From the NCBI GenBank assembly GCA_965227065.1, contig CBDDFN010000009.1, positions 151,337 to 215,336 of the forward strand: a stretch of 64,000 nt of DNA, written 5' to 3'. Of this stretch, positions 31,385-43,327 are shown piece after piece (the first letter of the stretch is position 1; the number at the start of each line of letters is the position of its first letter). The position numbers and the translations under genes are program-made. The notes beneath the pieces are model-generated. The model searched no databases. It saw nothing but the letters and a program-made list of their open reading frames with translations, and was not told where the DNA came from. The DNA comes from Alphaproteobacteria bacterium (lineage in GTDB: Bacteria > Pseudomonadota > Alphaproteobacteria > SPJN01).

Positions 31385-32378
31385 GGATCACATCCGGGGC
31401 GGGGATATTCGCCTGCGGCGCGGCGGGTGTATCCTGCGGGCCGCTGACAATCACCGCAGCGATATAGATGACATAGCCCAGCACGAAGGTGACGCCCCAC
31501 AAGCGGCTGAGCGACAGATGGAACATGGCAAAGGGCACCAGCAGCAGTGAGATGCCAAACAAGATCCACAAATCAAACTCAATAAAGTGCGGCGCGACAT
31601 GCAGCGGCTTGATGATCGCGGTGATGCCGATAATGGCGAGAATGTTGAACAGGTTTGAGCCGATGACATTGCCGATCGCCACGTCGGAGCGTTTGCGCAG
31701 CGCGGCGACCACGGTGGTGGCAAGCTCCGGCAGGCTGGTGCCCAGCGCCACAACCGTCAGCCCGATCACAGCGTCGGAAACATGGAAGGCGCGGGCAATA
31801 TCGGTGGCGCCGGTGACCAGCAGATGCGCGCCCAGCGGCAGGCCGATCAGCCCGGCACCGATAAAGCCCGCAGTGGTGATGGGCTTGGAGGGGATGCCTT
31901 CAACATCGTCGAGCCCGGCTTCCTCGCCATCATTCTGGGTCATGGCACGCCAGCCTGAATAGATCAGAAAGGCGGCCAGCAAGATGACCATGATGATTCC
32001 GTTGCCGCGGCTGAATTCGCCCGACTGGGCAAAGGCGATGAACAGCAAGGTTGCGCCGATCATCATGAAAGTGTTGCGGCGGATGCCGACCTGATTGCAC
32101 GCAATCGCGTAGATCAGGGCAGGGACGCCCAGCACCAGAAGCACATTGGCGATGTTGGAGCCAACCACATTGCCGACCGCAATCCCCGGCGATCCGGCAA
32201 GGGCCGCATTGACCGAAATCATCAGTTCAGGCGCTGAGGTTCCGAAGGCAACCACGGTGAGCCCAATGATCAGCGGCGGCGCGCCCAGCTTGCACGCCAG
32301 CCCCACAGAGCCGCGCACCAGCAAATCGCCCGAAAAAAGCAGCAGGATCAGCCCGCCCAACACCAAGGCGTACATCAT
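31374..32378 (-). CDS. calcium/sodium:cation antiporter (CaCA family, YrbG-like)
   Basis: Two alpha-repeat regions with GTSAPEL and GTSLPEL motifs. Ten TM helices. Confidence 0.85.
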   Translation of the reverse strand: MMYALVLGGLILLLFSGDLLVRGSVGLACKLGAPPLIIGLTVVAFGTSAPELMISVNAALAGSPGIAVGNVVGSNIANVLLVLGVPALIYAIACNQVGIRRNTFMMIGATLLFIAFAQSGEFSRGNGIIMVILLAAFLIYSGWRAMTQNDGEEAGLDDVEGIPSKPITTAGFIGAGLIGLPLGAHLLVTGATDIARAFHVSDAVIGLTVVALGTSLPELATTVVAALRKRSDVAIGNVIGSNLFNILAIIGITAIIKPLHVAPHFIEFDLWILFGISLLLVPFAMFHLSLSRLWGVTFVLGYVIYIAAVIVSGPQDTPAAPQANIPAPDVIHAG

Positions 32379-32582
32379 GATCGCGGCTCTCCCGGCAGGG
32401 TTAAAACCCTTCTATATGCCCCGACTGTCACTTCGGTGCGCCTCACCCTTGGTTTAGATTTCTATAAAGGCGTGTCAAAACAGGTTCTGCAAGGCTTGTA
32501 AACATGGGGCGTTCCGGTACGCGGCAAAAGGCCTGGGGTCTGTCCAGCGGCCCGGAAAGTCGCGCGCCAATATCATCCGCTG

Positions 32583-34757
32583 TTACATCCTTTTGGTGGT
32601 CCGGCCCTTCTTCTTGTGCGTGCGGGTGCCCGCCTGGCCCCCGGCGGAGCGGGGCCGGCTTTGTTTTTCCCGGTCCGCCCACTGGGCTTTGGCCAGCGGG
32701 TCGTTCGCCAAAGTCAGCTCCAGATCCTGTAACCGCTTGATTTCATCGCGTAATCGGGCGGCTTCCTCAAATTCGAGATCGGCGGCGGCGTCCTTCATTC
32801 GCTTTTCCAGATCCTTCATATGGCTTTCAAAATTATGGCCGATGCGGTGGACGGTGTCGGCATCGCCGGTTTCAACCCGGACATGATCGCCCTCATAAAC
32901 CGATTGCAGAATATCACCGATCTGTTTTTTGACGCTTTCAGGCGTGATGCCGTGTTCGGCATTGTAGGCCATCTGTTTTTCGCGCCGCCGCGTTGTTTCA
33001 GCCATGGCGCGTTCCATCGAGCCGGTCACCCGGTCGGCATAGAGGATGACTTTGCCATCGACGTTTCGGGCGGCCCGCCCAATCGTCTGGACCAGCGAGG
33101 TTTCAGAGCGCAAAAACCCTTCCTTGTCGGCGTCCAGAATGGCGACCAGCGCACATTCGGGAATATCAAGCCCCTCGCGCAACAGATTGATACCGATCAA
33201 CACGTCAAAGGCGCCAAGCCGCAAGTCACGAATGATCTCGATCCGCTCGATCGTATCGATGTCGGAATGCATGTAGCGCACGCGGATGCCTTGCTCATGC
33301 ATATATTCAGTCAAATCTTCGGCCATGCGCTTGGTCAGCGTGGTGACAAGCACCCGGAAGCCCTGTTTGGCGACCAGTTGGCATTCGGCAACCAGATCAT
33401 CAACCTGTTTGGAGACCGGCCTGATTTCAACCGGCGGATCAATCAGCCCGGTGGGGCGGATGACCTGTTCGGTGAAAGCGCCGCCGGTCTTTTCAAGCTC
33501 CCAATCGCCTGGCGTCGCCGACACATAGACCGAATCGGGCCGCATTGCTTCCCACTCTTCAAACTTAAGCGGGCGGTTGTCGATGCAGGACGGCAGGCGG
33601 AAGCCATATTCGGCCAAAGTGGTCTTGCGCCGGAAATCGCCGCGATACATGCCGCCAATCTGGGGCACCGAAACGTGGCTTTCATCGCAAAACAGGATGG
33701 CATTGTCTGGCAGATATTCAAACAAAGTGGGGGGTGGCTCGCCGGGTTTGCGGCCCGTCAGATAGCGCGAATAATTTTCGATCCCTGCGCAAGACCCCGT
33801 CGCCTCCATCATTTCGATATCAAACCGGGTGCGCTGTTCAAGCCGCTCGGCCTCCAGCGGCATTTCGTTTTCCTTGTACCAGGCAAGCCGCTCAGCCAAC
33901 TCCGCCTTGATATGCTTGATCGCCTGGGTCAGCGTCGGGCGCGGGGTGACATAGTGGGAATTGGCGTAAACCTTGATTTGTTCGAGAGTACCGGTTTTCT
34001 CACCGGTCAGCGGATCAAATTCGGTGATCGCCTCAAGCTCATCCCCCCAGAAGGAGAACCGCCAGGCGCGGTCTTCAAGGTGAACGGGAAACAATTCCAG
34101 CGTGTCGCCACGCGCACGGAACGCCCCACGCTGAAAGGCCTGATCATTGCGCTTATATTGAAGCGCGACCAACCGCTTGATGAGGTCCTGCCGGTCCATC
34201 GCCTGGCCCGCCTTCACCAGTTCGGTCATCTCCGAATAGGTTTCGACTGAGCCGATACCGTAAATGCACGACACGGACGCAACGATGATCACATCGTCGC
34301 GTTCAAGCAGCGCCCGGGTGGCCGAGTGGCGCATCCGGTCGATCTGCTCATTGATGGTGCTTTCCTTCTCAATATAGGTGTCGGTGCGCGGCACATAGGC
34401 TTCGGGCTGGTAATAGTCGTAATAGGACACAAAATATTCGACCGCATTGTCAGGGAAGAAGTTTTTGAACTCGCCATAAAGCTGGGCGGCCAGCGTCTTG
34501 TTGGGCGCCAGGATGAGTGCGGGCCGGCCCGTCCGGGCGATGATCTGCGCCATGGTGAAGGTCTTGCCCGAGCCGGTGACGCCCAGCAGAACCTGGTCGT
34601 GCTCCTGGGTGTTGAGCCCCTCAACAAGCTCCTCAATCGCCTGGGGCTGGTCCCCGCGCGGCTCAAAGTCCGAGGCCAGTTTGAAAGCAATCCCGCCTTC
34701 GGTTTTTTCGGGCCGGGCGGGACGATGGGGTTCGAATGTGTAGGTATCGACGGTCAT
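32583..34757 (-). CDS. uvrB: excinuclease ABC subunit B
   Basis: Helicase motifs ([12 protein letters not shown]), beta-hairpin region and a C-terminal UvrB/UvrC interaction domain. Start at [10 protein letters not shown] (ATG 34757); the 130 aa upstream extension in the track ORF is an artefact. Confidence 0.95.
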   Translation of the reverse strand: MTVDTYTFEPHRPARPEKTEGGIAFKLASDFEPRGDQPQAIEELVEGLNTQEHDQVLLGVTGSGKTFTMAQIIARTGRPALILAPNKTLAAQLYGEFKNFFPDNAVEYFVSYYDYYQPEAYVPRTDTYIEKESTINEQIDRMRHSATRALLERDDVIIVASVSCIYGIGSVETYSEMTELVKAGQAMDRQDLIKRLVALQYKRNDQAFQRGAFRARGDTLELFPVHLEDRAWRFSFWGDELEAITEFDPLTGEKTGTLEQIKVYANSHYVTPRPTLTQAIKHIKAELAERLAWYKENEMPLEAERLEQRTRFDIEMMEATGSCAGIENYSRYLTGRKPGEPPPTLFEYLPDNAILFCDESHVSVPQIGGMYRGDFRRKTTLAEYGFRLPSCIDNRPLKFEEWEAMRPDSVYVSATPGDWELEKTGGAFTEQVIRPTGLIDPPVEIRPVSKQVDDLVAECQLVAKQGFRVLVTTLTKRMAEDLTEYMHEQGIRVRYMHSDIDTIERIEIIRDLRLGAFDVLIGINLLREGLDIPECALVAILDADKEGFLRSETSLVQTIGRAARNVDGKVILYADRVTGSMERAMAETTRRREKQMAYNAEHGITPESVKKQIGDILQSVYEGDHVRVETGDADTVHRIGHNFESHMKDLEKRMKDAAADLEFEEAARLRDEIKRLQDLELTLANDPLAKAQWADREKQSRPRSAGGQAGTRTHKKKGRTTKRM

Positions 34758-34827
34758 GGCGCCAACCATAACGTCTGGGCGCAAAAATGGGAGGCGGAAT
34801 TGACGCATCCGGCGTACAGACGGTTGA

Positions 34828-36108
<1,281 letters not shown>

Positions 36109-36115
36109 ACGTCAT

Positions 36116-36271
36116 CGTCATGCCGGGCGACCCAAATAAAGTTTGGGGAGGCCCGGAATCTGTCGGCACCGAATTGCGTTCTGCACCGTATGGACGGGTT
36201 TGATTGCATCACGACCAGATTCCGGTCTTCCGCCCCCTGAAAGGTTCAGGGTGCGCAAACCGGAATGACGC
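36116..36271 (+). repeat. approximately 150 nt repeat element with terminal inverted repeats, copy A
   Basis: Begins CGTCATGCCGGG and ends CCGGAATGACG. Internal inverted pair CCGGAATCTG ... CAGATTCCGG. Shares long identical blocks with the reverse complement of 62020-62163. Confidence 0.55.
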
Positions 36272-36360
36272 CCCAAAGGACAATAGCGCGCCTCACAAGC
36301 GCTTGATTGGCACGTCATCGCGATCTCGGCTTAAGGTATGGGCCGAGATGGAGGTCTGTC

Positions 36361-37320
36361 ATGCTGATCAAGAACAAGCGCGCGTGGGAAATTCCCGAAT
36401 GCGAAGCCACCCCGGAACATATTTACTGGTCGCGCCGCGACTGGATTAAGGCTGCCGGGGTTGCGGTTGCAGGTTCCATCCTGCCGCCGGGCATTGCGCT
36501 GGCGAGCGAAGACACCAGCGCCGGGCTTTATCCCGCCCCGCGCAATGAGGCCTACACGCTGGACCGTGACCTCACCCGCGAAGAAATCGCGACCAGCTAC
36601 AATAATTTCTACGAATTCGGCTCGCACAAGCAGATTGCAGAACGTGCGCAAGACCTCAAAACCCGGCCCTGGACGGTCAAGATTGACGGCATGGTCGACA
36701 ATGCGATGGAACTCGACATTGATGATCTGTTGAAAAAGGTCACGCTGGAAGAACGGCTCTACCGCTTCCGCTGTGTCGAAGCCTGGGCAATGGCGGTGCC
36801 GTGGACGGGCTTTCCGATGGCTGATCTCGTCAAAATGGCGGGTCCGCAATCGGGCGCAAAATATGTCCGCATGGAAACGTTCCTGGACCCCAAAGTGGCG
36901 CGTGGTCAGAAACAGCGTTGGTACCCCTGGCCCTATGTGGAGGCGCTGACGCTGGAAGAGGCAACCAATGAGATGGCTTTCATGGTGACGGGGCTCTACG
37001 GCAAGCCCTTGCCCAAGCAGAACGGCGCCCCCTTGCGGCTGGCTGTGCCGTGGAAGTTTGGCTTCAAAAATATCAAATCGATCGTTCGGTTCACCTTTAC
37101 CGATGAGAAGCCAACAAGTTTCTGGGAAGACATTCAGCCCAGCGAATATGGCTTCTGGGCGAATGTGAACCCCGAAGTCCCCCATCCTCGCTGGAGCCAG
37201 GCGTCAGAGCAACTGATCGGCACGATCAAGCGGCGCAAGACCTTGTTGTTCAACGGCTATGAAGAGCAGGTCGCCCATCTCTACAAGGATATGAAGCAAG
37301 GCGATTATCTCTACCGCTAG
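36361..37320 (+). CDS. msrP: protein-methionine-sulfoxide reductase catalytic subunit MsrP (YedY family)
   Basis: Tat signal (SRRDWIKAAGVAVAGSILPPG) and Mo-cofactor oxidoreductase domain. No msrQ-like gene follows. Confidence 0.85.
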   Translation: MLIKNKRAWEIPECEATPEHIYWSRRDWIKAAGVAVAGSILPPGIALASEDTSAGLYPAPRNEAYTLDRDLTREEIATSYNNFYEFGSHKQIAERAQDLKTRPWTVKIDGMVDNAMELDIDDLLKKVTLEERLYRFRCVEAWAMAVPWTGFPMADLVKMAGPQSGAKYVRMETFLDPKVARGQKQRWYPWPYVEALTLEEATNEMAFMVTGLYGKPLPKQNGAPLRLAVPWKFGFKNIKSIVRFTFTDEKPTSFWEDIQPSEYGFWANVNPEVPHPRWSQASEQLIGTIKRRKTLLFNGYEEQVAHLYKDMKQGDYLYR

Positions 37321-37377
37321 GCCACCGGGTTCGGTAGGCTCCCTCCCGACAGTCCTGTTTTTTCGGGGGAGGCTCTC

Positions 37378-38553
37378 ATGTGGAAATGGATCGCCATTGG
37401 TCTGGGCGTGCTGATCGTTGTGGTCGGCATTGGTCTGGTTGTGCTGCAAGAAGTGGGCATGGCCATGCTTTATAAGCCTGATACCGAATTTGCCGAGCAT
37501 GAGCCCTGGCCTGCGCCGGACTATTCAGACCCCAAAAGCTGGTCGGCGCTGCCTGGCCGCGATGACGCTGCCGATGCGCTGCCCGAAGGGGTGGATGCGG
37601 TTCCCGAAGCCCAGCGGCTGGCAGATGTGTTTTATGTACATCCCACGGTGAATTTCAGCACCGACCGCTGGAACGGCAAGGTGGGTGACCCCGAGCTTGA
37701 TATGCTGGTGGATCAGTTGCCGGTCAAATCGCAAGCCAGCGCGTTCAATGGTTGTTGCCGGGTGTCGGCGCCGCGCTACCGTCAGGCAACCTTTTACACA
37801 TTTATGGAAGACAAGCCCTCCAACATCGCCGCGATTGATCTGGCCTATCAGGATGTGGCGCGCGCCTTTGATTATTTTGTCGGCACGCTGGAGCCGGGCC
37901 GCCCGATCATTCTGGCGAGCCACAGCCAGGGCAGCCATCATCTGGCGCGTCTGTTGGCCGAACGTGTGTCGGGAACCGCGATCGCGGAACGTGTTGTGGC
38001 CGTCTATATGATCGGTATCGGCTTTCCAGTTGAGGCCGTTGCAAAGAATGCCCCTGATTTCCCGGTCTGCCAAAGCGCTGATGACACAGGCTGCATCATC
38101 CATTGGGACACCTATTGGGAGAACGGCAATCCAGACATCAATTATCGCGGATTGCCCAAATGGATCGATGGAAAATATCAGCACCCCGAAGATGCCACCG
38201 GCGTGTGTGTCAATCCGCTGACCTGGACCAGCGAGAAGGGCGAGAAGTCCGATCATGCCGGGGCCGGCCGGGTTGATCCGGGCGCGTTTGCCGATGTGTT
38301 CACGGGCGGATCGGCCCCGGAGGCGGGGTCTGAAAGCCATTTGGGGCCCATCATTCCCAATCTGACCGAGGCATGGTGTGCGCGCGGCTTTTTGTGGGTG
38401 CCCGACAATGATCATGAGGCGTTTCAGACGCTGCGTATCCCCGGCGGCAGTTTGCACCTGCTTGATTACGCCTTGTTCTGGAAAGACATTCACGACAATG
38501 CCAGCGTAAGGGTGAATGCCTTCATCGCTGCGCAGGCGAACGCATTGAGGTAA
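37378..38553 (+). CDS. DUF3089-like alpha/beta hydrolase, membrane-anchored (paralog 1)
   Basis: N-terminal TM anchor, VFYVHPT motif, CC pair in NGCCRVSAPRYRQ, and GxSxG nucleophile elbow ILASHSQGS. Six conserved Cys shared with the two downstream paralogs. Confidence 0.7.
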   Translation: MWKWIAIGLGVLIVVVGIGLVVLQEVGMAMLYKPDTEFAEHEPWPAPDYSDPKSWSALPGRDDAADALPEGVDAVPEAQRLADVFYVHPTVNFSTDRWNGKVGDPELDMLVDQLPVKSQASAFNGCCRVSAPRYRQATFYTFMEDKPSNIAAIDLAYQDVARAFDYFVGTLEPGRPIILASHSQGSHHLARLLAERVSGTAIAERVVAVYMIGIGFPVEAVAKNAPDFPVCQSADDTGCIIHWDTYWENGNPDINYRGLPKWIDGKYQHPEDATGVCVNPLTWTSEKGEKSDHAGAGRVDPGAFADVFTGGSAPEAGSESHLGPIIPNLTEAWCARGFLWVPDNDHEAFQTLRIPGGSLHLLDYALFWKDIHDNASVRVNAFIAAQANALR

Positions 38554-38560
38554 GTGTGTC

Positions 38561-39715
38561 ATGGCCCGATGGCTGGTTGCGGGGTTCATTCTCCTGCTTG
38601 TTCTGTTTGGTGTTGCCATCGCCTATCAGGATGTCCTGATTTATTATTTCGGCACGAAACCGCCGCAAGCGTTTAACGACACCGACCAGCCCTTGCCGCC
38701 CGATTATCGGCAGACGGGAAGCTGGGCGGCGCGGCCGGGCATGGACGGCTTGAACTACGCTGAAATGCTGCCGGCGGGGGTTGATCACGTTCCAATGCGG
38801 GACCGGGCGGCCGATGTGTTTTATGTGCATGGCACTTCGGTTTTCCTGCCTGTGTGGAACGCCACGCTGGATCACACCGACACCAATTGGCGAACCGACA
38901 GTTTCGGTCTGGTTCAGCAAGCCAACGTGTTCAACGCCTGTTGCCGGGTGTTTGCGCCGCGCTACCGGCAGTCGGGCCTGTTCAGCTTTGTTGACGGCGG
39001 TGAAGATGGCCGCCGGGCCGTCTCTCTCGCCTATGACGATGTGCGCGACGCTTTCCTGCATTACCTGTCGGTGGTCGATGAGGACCGGCCATTTATTTTG
39101 GCGGGACACAGCCAGGGCGCGGCTCATATTCTGCGCCTGCTTTCGGAGCTGGTGGAAGGCACGCCGCTCGAAAAACGGCTGGTGGCCGTTTATGCCATTG
39201 GCTATTGGCTGCCCGACGATTTTTATCCCCGCCTGTCCAGGACACCGGTGTGTGAAAGCCCTGCCGATACGGGCTGTGTGGTGAGCTGGGATACGTTCAT
39301 GGAAGGGGGCGAGCGAAGCATCGCCACACCGCGAATGGGGGTGTTCGCAGACGGGGCATACGGGCCGAAGGCTGAAGGCAGGGGGCTGTGCATCAATCCT
39401 GTCAGCTGGATGCGCAATGGCGAGACATCAAAGGAGGAGCATCAGGGCGGCTTGCCAATGGGCTTTATGACCGCAGATGCCAATCCTGATCCGGCCCCGT
39501 ACCGGGCGTTTGAGCTGGTGCCGGTTTTGCCTGCCCATACTTATGCAAGGTGCGCCGACGACGGGGGGCTGATTGTCTCACCCGATATTGACCCGCATTT
39601 CCGGGTTGCCGAGATGCCCGGCAAGTCGCTGCACCCGATGGATTTCAGCCTGTTCTGGGCCGATATCCGGGCCAATGCGGTGCTGCGCAGCCGCACCTTT
39701 GTGCAAGGAGAGTAG
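38561..39715 (+). CDS. DUF3089-like alpha/beta hydrolase, membrane-anchored (paralog 2)
   Basis: Same architecture (VFYVHGT, NACCRVFAPRYRQ, ILAGHSQGA, CESPADTGC). About 40% identity to its neighbours. 7 nt gap from paralog 1. Confidence 0.7.
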   Translation: MARWLVAGFILLLVLFGVAIAYQDVLIYYFGTKPPQAFNDTDQPLPPDYRQTGSWAARPGMDGLNYAEMLPAGVDHVPMRDRAADVFYVHGTSVFLPVWNATLDHTDTNWRTDSFGLVQQANVFNACCRVFAPRYRQSGLFSFVDGGEDGRRAVSLAYDDVRDAFLHYLSVVDEDRPFILAGHSQGAAHILRLLSELVEGTPLEKRLVAVYAIGYWLPDDFYPRLSRTPVCESPADTGCVVSWDTFMEGGERSIATPRMGVFADGAYGPKAEGRGLCINPVSWMRNGETSKEEHQGGLPMGFMTADANPDPAPYRAFELVPVLPAHTYARCADDGGLIVSPDIDPHFRVAEMPGKSLHPMDFSLFWADIRANAVLRSRTFVQGE

Positions 39716-39720
39716 CCTTC

Positions 39721-40875
39721 ATGTTTCGCGTGTCCGCCCGTACTTTGCTGCGTTTGTTTGGCCTTGCTGTTGTGCTGGGTCTTGTCGCGCTTTATGCGGC
39801 CTGGACGTTCCGCTTTGAGCTGCTTGAGCAACGTGTGGCGGTGACCAAGCCATTTCGTGCCGAAGAAGCACCTGCCGCGCCTGATTATGATGATCCACGC
39901 TATTGGTCGGCCTGGCCGGGCAAGCCTGGTTTTGCAGCGCTTGTGCCGCGTGACTTGACCCCGCTGCCTGAAGCGGCGCGCAAGGCTGATGTGTTTTATG
40001 TTCATGCCACAACGCTGGACCGGGCGAGCGCATGGAATGCAAGCCTTGATGATGCAGTAATCAATGAGGTGACCGATCAGCTTTACACCGCGCGCCATGC
40101 CAGCGTGTTCAATTCCTGCTGCCGTATCTTTGTGCCGCGCTGGCGTCAGGCAACCTTGTTTGCCTCGCGCCGTCATACCGCCGACACGGCGGCGGCGATG
40201 GCGCTGGCTTATCGGGATGTCGAAGCGGCCTTTGAGCGGTTCTTGGAAGAGATTGGCGACCGGCCGTTCATTCTGGCAAGCCACAGCCAGGGCAGCCTTC
40301 ACATGGAACGGCTGCTTGCCACCAAGGTTGCGGGTAGCCCGCTCGAACAAAGGCTGATCGTGGCTTACATGATCGGCTATTGGACGCCCGAACGCATCGC
40401 CGCAAAAGCGTTCCCCAGCCTGCCGGTCTGTGAAAGCGCGGCGCAAACCATGTGCGTGGTCAGTTGGGACAGCTATGGCGAGGGCCGAACGCCTTTTGAG
40501 AAGGTTGATGTGTTCGGCCATTGGGATGGCGAACGCTACGCGCCCGGAGGCGAGGGCAAATCCATTTGCGTCAATCCGCTGAGTTGGGAAAAAGATGGCG
40601 GCCCGGCGGATGCCGCCTCCAACAAGGGTGCGCTTGCGGTGGATTATGATCTTGCCCGTACCATTGGGCCGGGCGTGACGTCACTTCCCCCGCTGCAAAA
40701 GGGTCTGGTTTCAGCGCAATGCCGCGCGGGCCGCCTTTACGTGCCGGTACAGGATGGCCTGTTCGCCTACAAGGTGACGATGCCGAGCTATCACCGCTTC
40801 GACTGGGGCTTTTTCTATGGTGACCTGTGGGCCAATGCAGCACTGCGCACCGATGCGTGGCTGGCAGCCCGCTAG
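39721..40875 (+). CDS. DUF3089-like alpha/beta hydrolase, membrane-anchored (paralog 3)
   Basis: Same architecture (VFYVHAT, NSCCRIFVPRWRQ, ILASHSQGS, CESAAQTMC). 5 nt gap from paralog 2. The stop overlaps the convergent TBDR stop. Confidence 0.7.
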   Translation: MFRVSARTLLRLFGLAVVLGLVALYAAWTFRFELLEQRVAVTKPFRAEEAPAAPDYDDPRYWSAWPGKPGFAALVPRDLTPLPEAARKADVFYVHATTLDRASAWNASLDDAVINEVTDQLYTARHASVFNSCCRIFVPRWRQATLFASRRHTADTAAAMALAYRDVEAAFERFLEEIGDRPFILASHSQGSLHMERLLATKVAGSPLEQRLIVAYMIGYWTPERIAAKAFPSLPVCESAAQTMCVVSWDSYGEGRTPFEKVDVFGHWDGERYAPGGEGKSICVNPLSWEKDGGPADAASNKGALAVDYDLARTIGPGVTSLPPLQKGLVSAQCRAGRLYVPVQDGLFAYKVTMPSYHRFDWGFFYGDLWANAALRTDAWLAAR

Positions 40876-43292
40876 AAGGTCACATTCGCCTGAACGATAA
40901 GTGTGCGGGGATCGCCGGCACGCGCCCAGTGGCTGCCATTGAACAATGGCACATCAAAGCCGCGGATTTTGATGGTTTTGTCGAAAGCGTTTTTGAGAAA
41001 GACGCTGGCGCTCCACCAGCCGTCCAGAGATTTGAGAGAGGCCCGGAAGTTGACCCGGTAATAGGCATCCTGGCTGTCAAACTCGTCGAGATCGGCTTGC
41101 AGATATTGCTTGCCCTGGAAATACAGATCGCCGCCGACAATTAACTCAATGGGCCAATCAAACAGCAGGGTGGTGTAGTCGACAATGACGGTCAGCTGAT
41201 AGCGCGGTGCGCCCAGCCGCTCGCCGGTCAGATCACAAAAACCGCTTTGCCCGGCCTGACAGGGGCCGTTTTCATATTCGGTATAGTAAGCATCAAGGAA
41301 GGAGGCCGAGCCGCCCAAGAAGAAGCCCCACGGCAGGACGGCGCCGCCTTCGATCTCAACCCCCTGGCTCACGCTGGCGGCGGCATTTTCAACAATCGGG
41401 GCAAGCCCGTTGAAAATGAAAGTTTGCAGATCGGTGAATTCGGTACGGAACAGCCCGACATTGACCCGGCCCACGCCGTCTAGAAAATCAGCCTTGAACC
41501 CCAGTTCATATGTGTCCGATTGCTCGGGCTCAAACTCGATCTCTTCGGCCGTGAGCGCCTGCGTGTTAAAGCCGCCCGATTTGAAACCGCGCGCATAGGT
41601 GGCGTAGACATTGATATTGTCCGTGGCGCGCCAGATGACCGACAGCTTGGGTGAAAATTCAGACTCGCGCCGGAACAGGTCGTCTTCATTGATATTTTCA
41701 GCCCCCAGAATGGGCTGGATCAGCAAGCCTTCGCTAGGAATAGTGCCCAGTTCAAAGTTTTGCGCAAACTGGCTGCCTTCCTTGCGCTCCACCGAAATGC
41801 GCATTCCGGCGACGACCGAAATCCATGGCCGGATATGCCAGGTGAACTGGCCGAAGGCAGCGACGCTTTGCGTGTCCTGGACGAGCGTGCCGTCGCGCTT
41901 CTCAACCGGCGCGCCGATATTGGGCGTATCAAGAATGCCGAGCAGAAGCGGACCAACAAGCGGGATGGGGTTGAGTATGTCATCCAGAACAAGGCCCAAA
42001 GTGCCGCCCAGATTGTCGATCTTGCCGACACTGATATTGGTGTCGGCATCAAGGTGCGACCGGAACAGATAGACCCCGCCGATAAATTCGCCATCGCCCC
42101 AGCTTCCGAAATTGGTATCTCCCGCGACGCGCAGCTCCAGCGAGCTTTGGTCATAGAGCTGGAGCTCCTCAAGAAAGATCACCGGAACGGGAGAGAAATC
42201 GCCATCGACGAAATTGTCCCGGTCGAACTGTGAATGGTGGCCGATCAAATCAAAGCTGAGGTCAAACAGCTCAAACTTTGCCTTGGCAGTGAAGTCTTTG
42301 TTGATTTGAAGGCTTTTGGACTGTTGATCCTGGGAGCCTTGCCGGTCAAGCCGCGTTTCAAACTCAGGATCAAAAATCTCGGACAAGACACCCAGGCCGC
42401 TTCCCACCCGATCAATCTCAAAGCCCGCACCTTGCGGTGTGTCGTAACGGTTATAAACAGCCGTCAGCACCAGTTCAGCGGTGTCTGAAAATGTGAACTT
42501 GACCTTGCCGCGCACCAGATCCTGGGTGAACCGGCCATCATTCATGTCCAGAAACGAATTGTAGAAAAAACCTTCGCGTTCAGAATGGGTGGCAGCGATC
42601 CGCACTGAAACGAAATCCTCGATGATCGGGATATTGCCGACAATGGTGCCGGCAAGTTTTTGATAGGTGCCGATCTCGCCAGTCAGGCTGGCTTCATACT
42701 CTTCATGAGGGTCTTCGGTGCGAACGGTCAGCGCACCGGCAATCGTGTTCTTGCCAAACAAAGTGCCTTGAGGGCCGCGCAGAACCTCGATCTGTTTCAC
42801 GTCGAGAAAGGCCATAGAGAGATAGTGCAGCCGACCATAATAGACATCATCAATAATCAGTCCGACGGACTGTTCAAAGCCTTCCAGCTGGCCAGAGCCG
42901 AGCCCGCGAATGGCGACCTCGTTAAACACGCCGCCTGAGACCACGGTGAGATTGGGGGTGTATTTCGACAGATCGGAAAAGTCTTGAATGTTCTGGTCTT
43001 TGAGCGCTTCACCCGAAACGGCGGACACCGAAATCGGCACCTCGCGAATGTCTTGCTCTTTCTTCTGGGCGGTGACGATGATTTCGTCGAGGCCCCGGCG
43101 CCTGGCCCGGTCATCGCCTTCAGCAAGGGTTTGGACGGACTTCGATTCGGGGTCGAGTGTGCTGCCAAAAGTTGAGCCTTGCGCGTCCTGAGCCCTGACA
43201 GGCAAGGCTGTGGCGGTGACGGTGAGGGCCGCTGCGGTCAGCACCAACGCTGCGCGGCGGTGAGAGGACAATGGAGGAAGTCTGAGACGCAT
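40872..43292 (-). CDS. TonB-dependent receptor (paralog 1)
   Basis: Signal peptide, plug-domain motif DEIIVTAQKKEQDIREVPISVSAVSGE, and a beta-barrel ending in aromatic F (ANVTF). Confidence 0.9.
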   Translation of the reverse strand: MRLRLPPLSSHRRAALVLTAAALTVTATALPVRAQDAQGSTFGSTLDPESKSVQTLAEGDDRARRRGLDEIIVTAQKKEQDIREVPISVSAVSGEALKDQNIQDFSDLSKYTPNLTVVSGGVFNEVAIRGLGSGQLEGFEQSVGLIIDDVYYGRLHYLSMAFLDVKQIEVLRGPQGTLFGKNTIAGALTVRTEDPHEEYEASLTGEIGTYQKLAGTIVGNIPIIEDFVSVRIAATHSEREGFFYNSFLDMNDGRFTQDLVRGKVKFTFSDTAELVLTAVYNRYDTPQGAGFEIDRVGSGLGVLSEIFDPEFETRLDRQGSQDQQSKSLQINKDFTAKAKFELFDLSFDLIGHHSQFDRDNFVDGDFSPVPVIFLEELQLYDQSSLELRVAGDTNFGSWGDGEFIGGVYLFRSHLDADTNISVGKIDNLGGTLGLVLDDILNPIPLVGPLLLGILDTPNIGAPVEKRDGTLVQDTQSVAAFGQFTWHIRPWISVVAGMRISVERKEGSQFAQNFELGTIPSEGLLIQPILGAENINEDDLFRRESEFSPKLSVIWRATDNINVYATYARGFKSGGFNTQALTAEEIEFEPEQSDTYELGFKADFLDGVGRVNVGLFRTEFTDLQTFIFNGLAPIVENAAASVSQGVEIEGGAVLPWGFFLGGSASFLDAYYTEYENGPCQAGQSGFCDLTGERLGAPRYQLTVIVDYTTLLFDWPIELIVGGDLYFQGKQYLQADLDEFDSQDAYYRVNFRASLKSLDGWWSASVFLKNAFDKTIKIRGFDVPLFNGSHWARAGDPRTLIVQANVTF

Positions 43293-43327
43293 ACCGAATT
43301 TCCTCGCTCAACGAAGGGCTCACCCTG

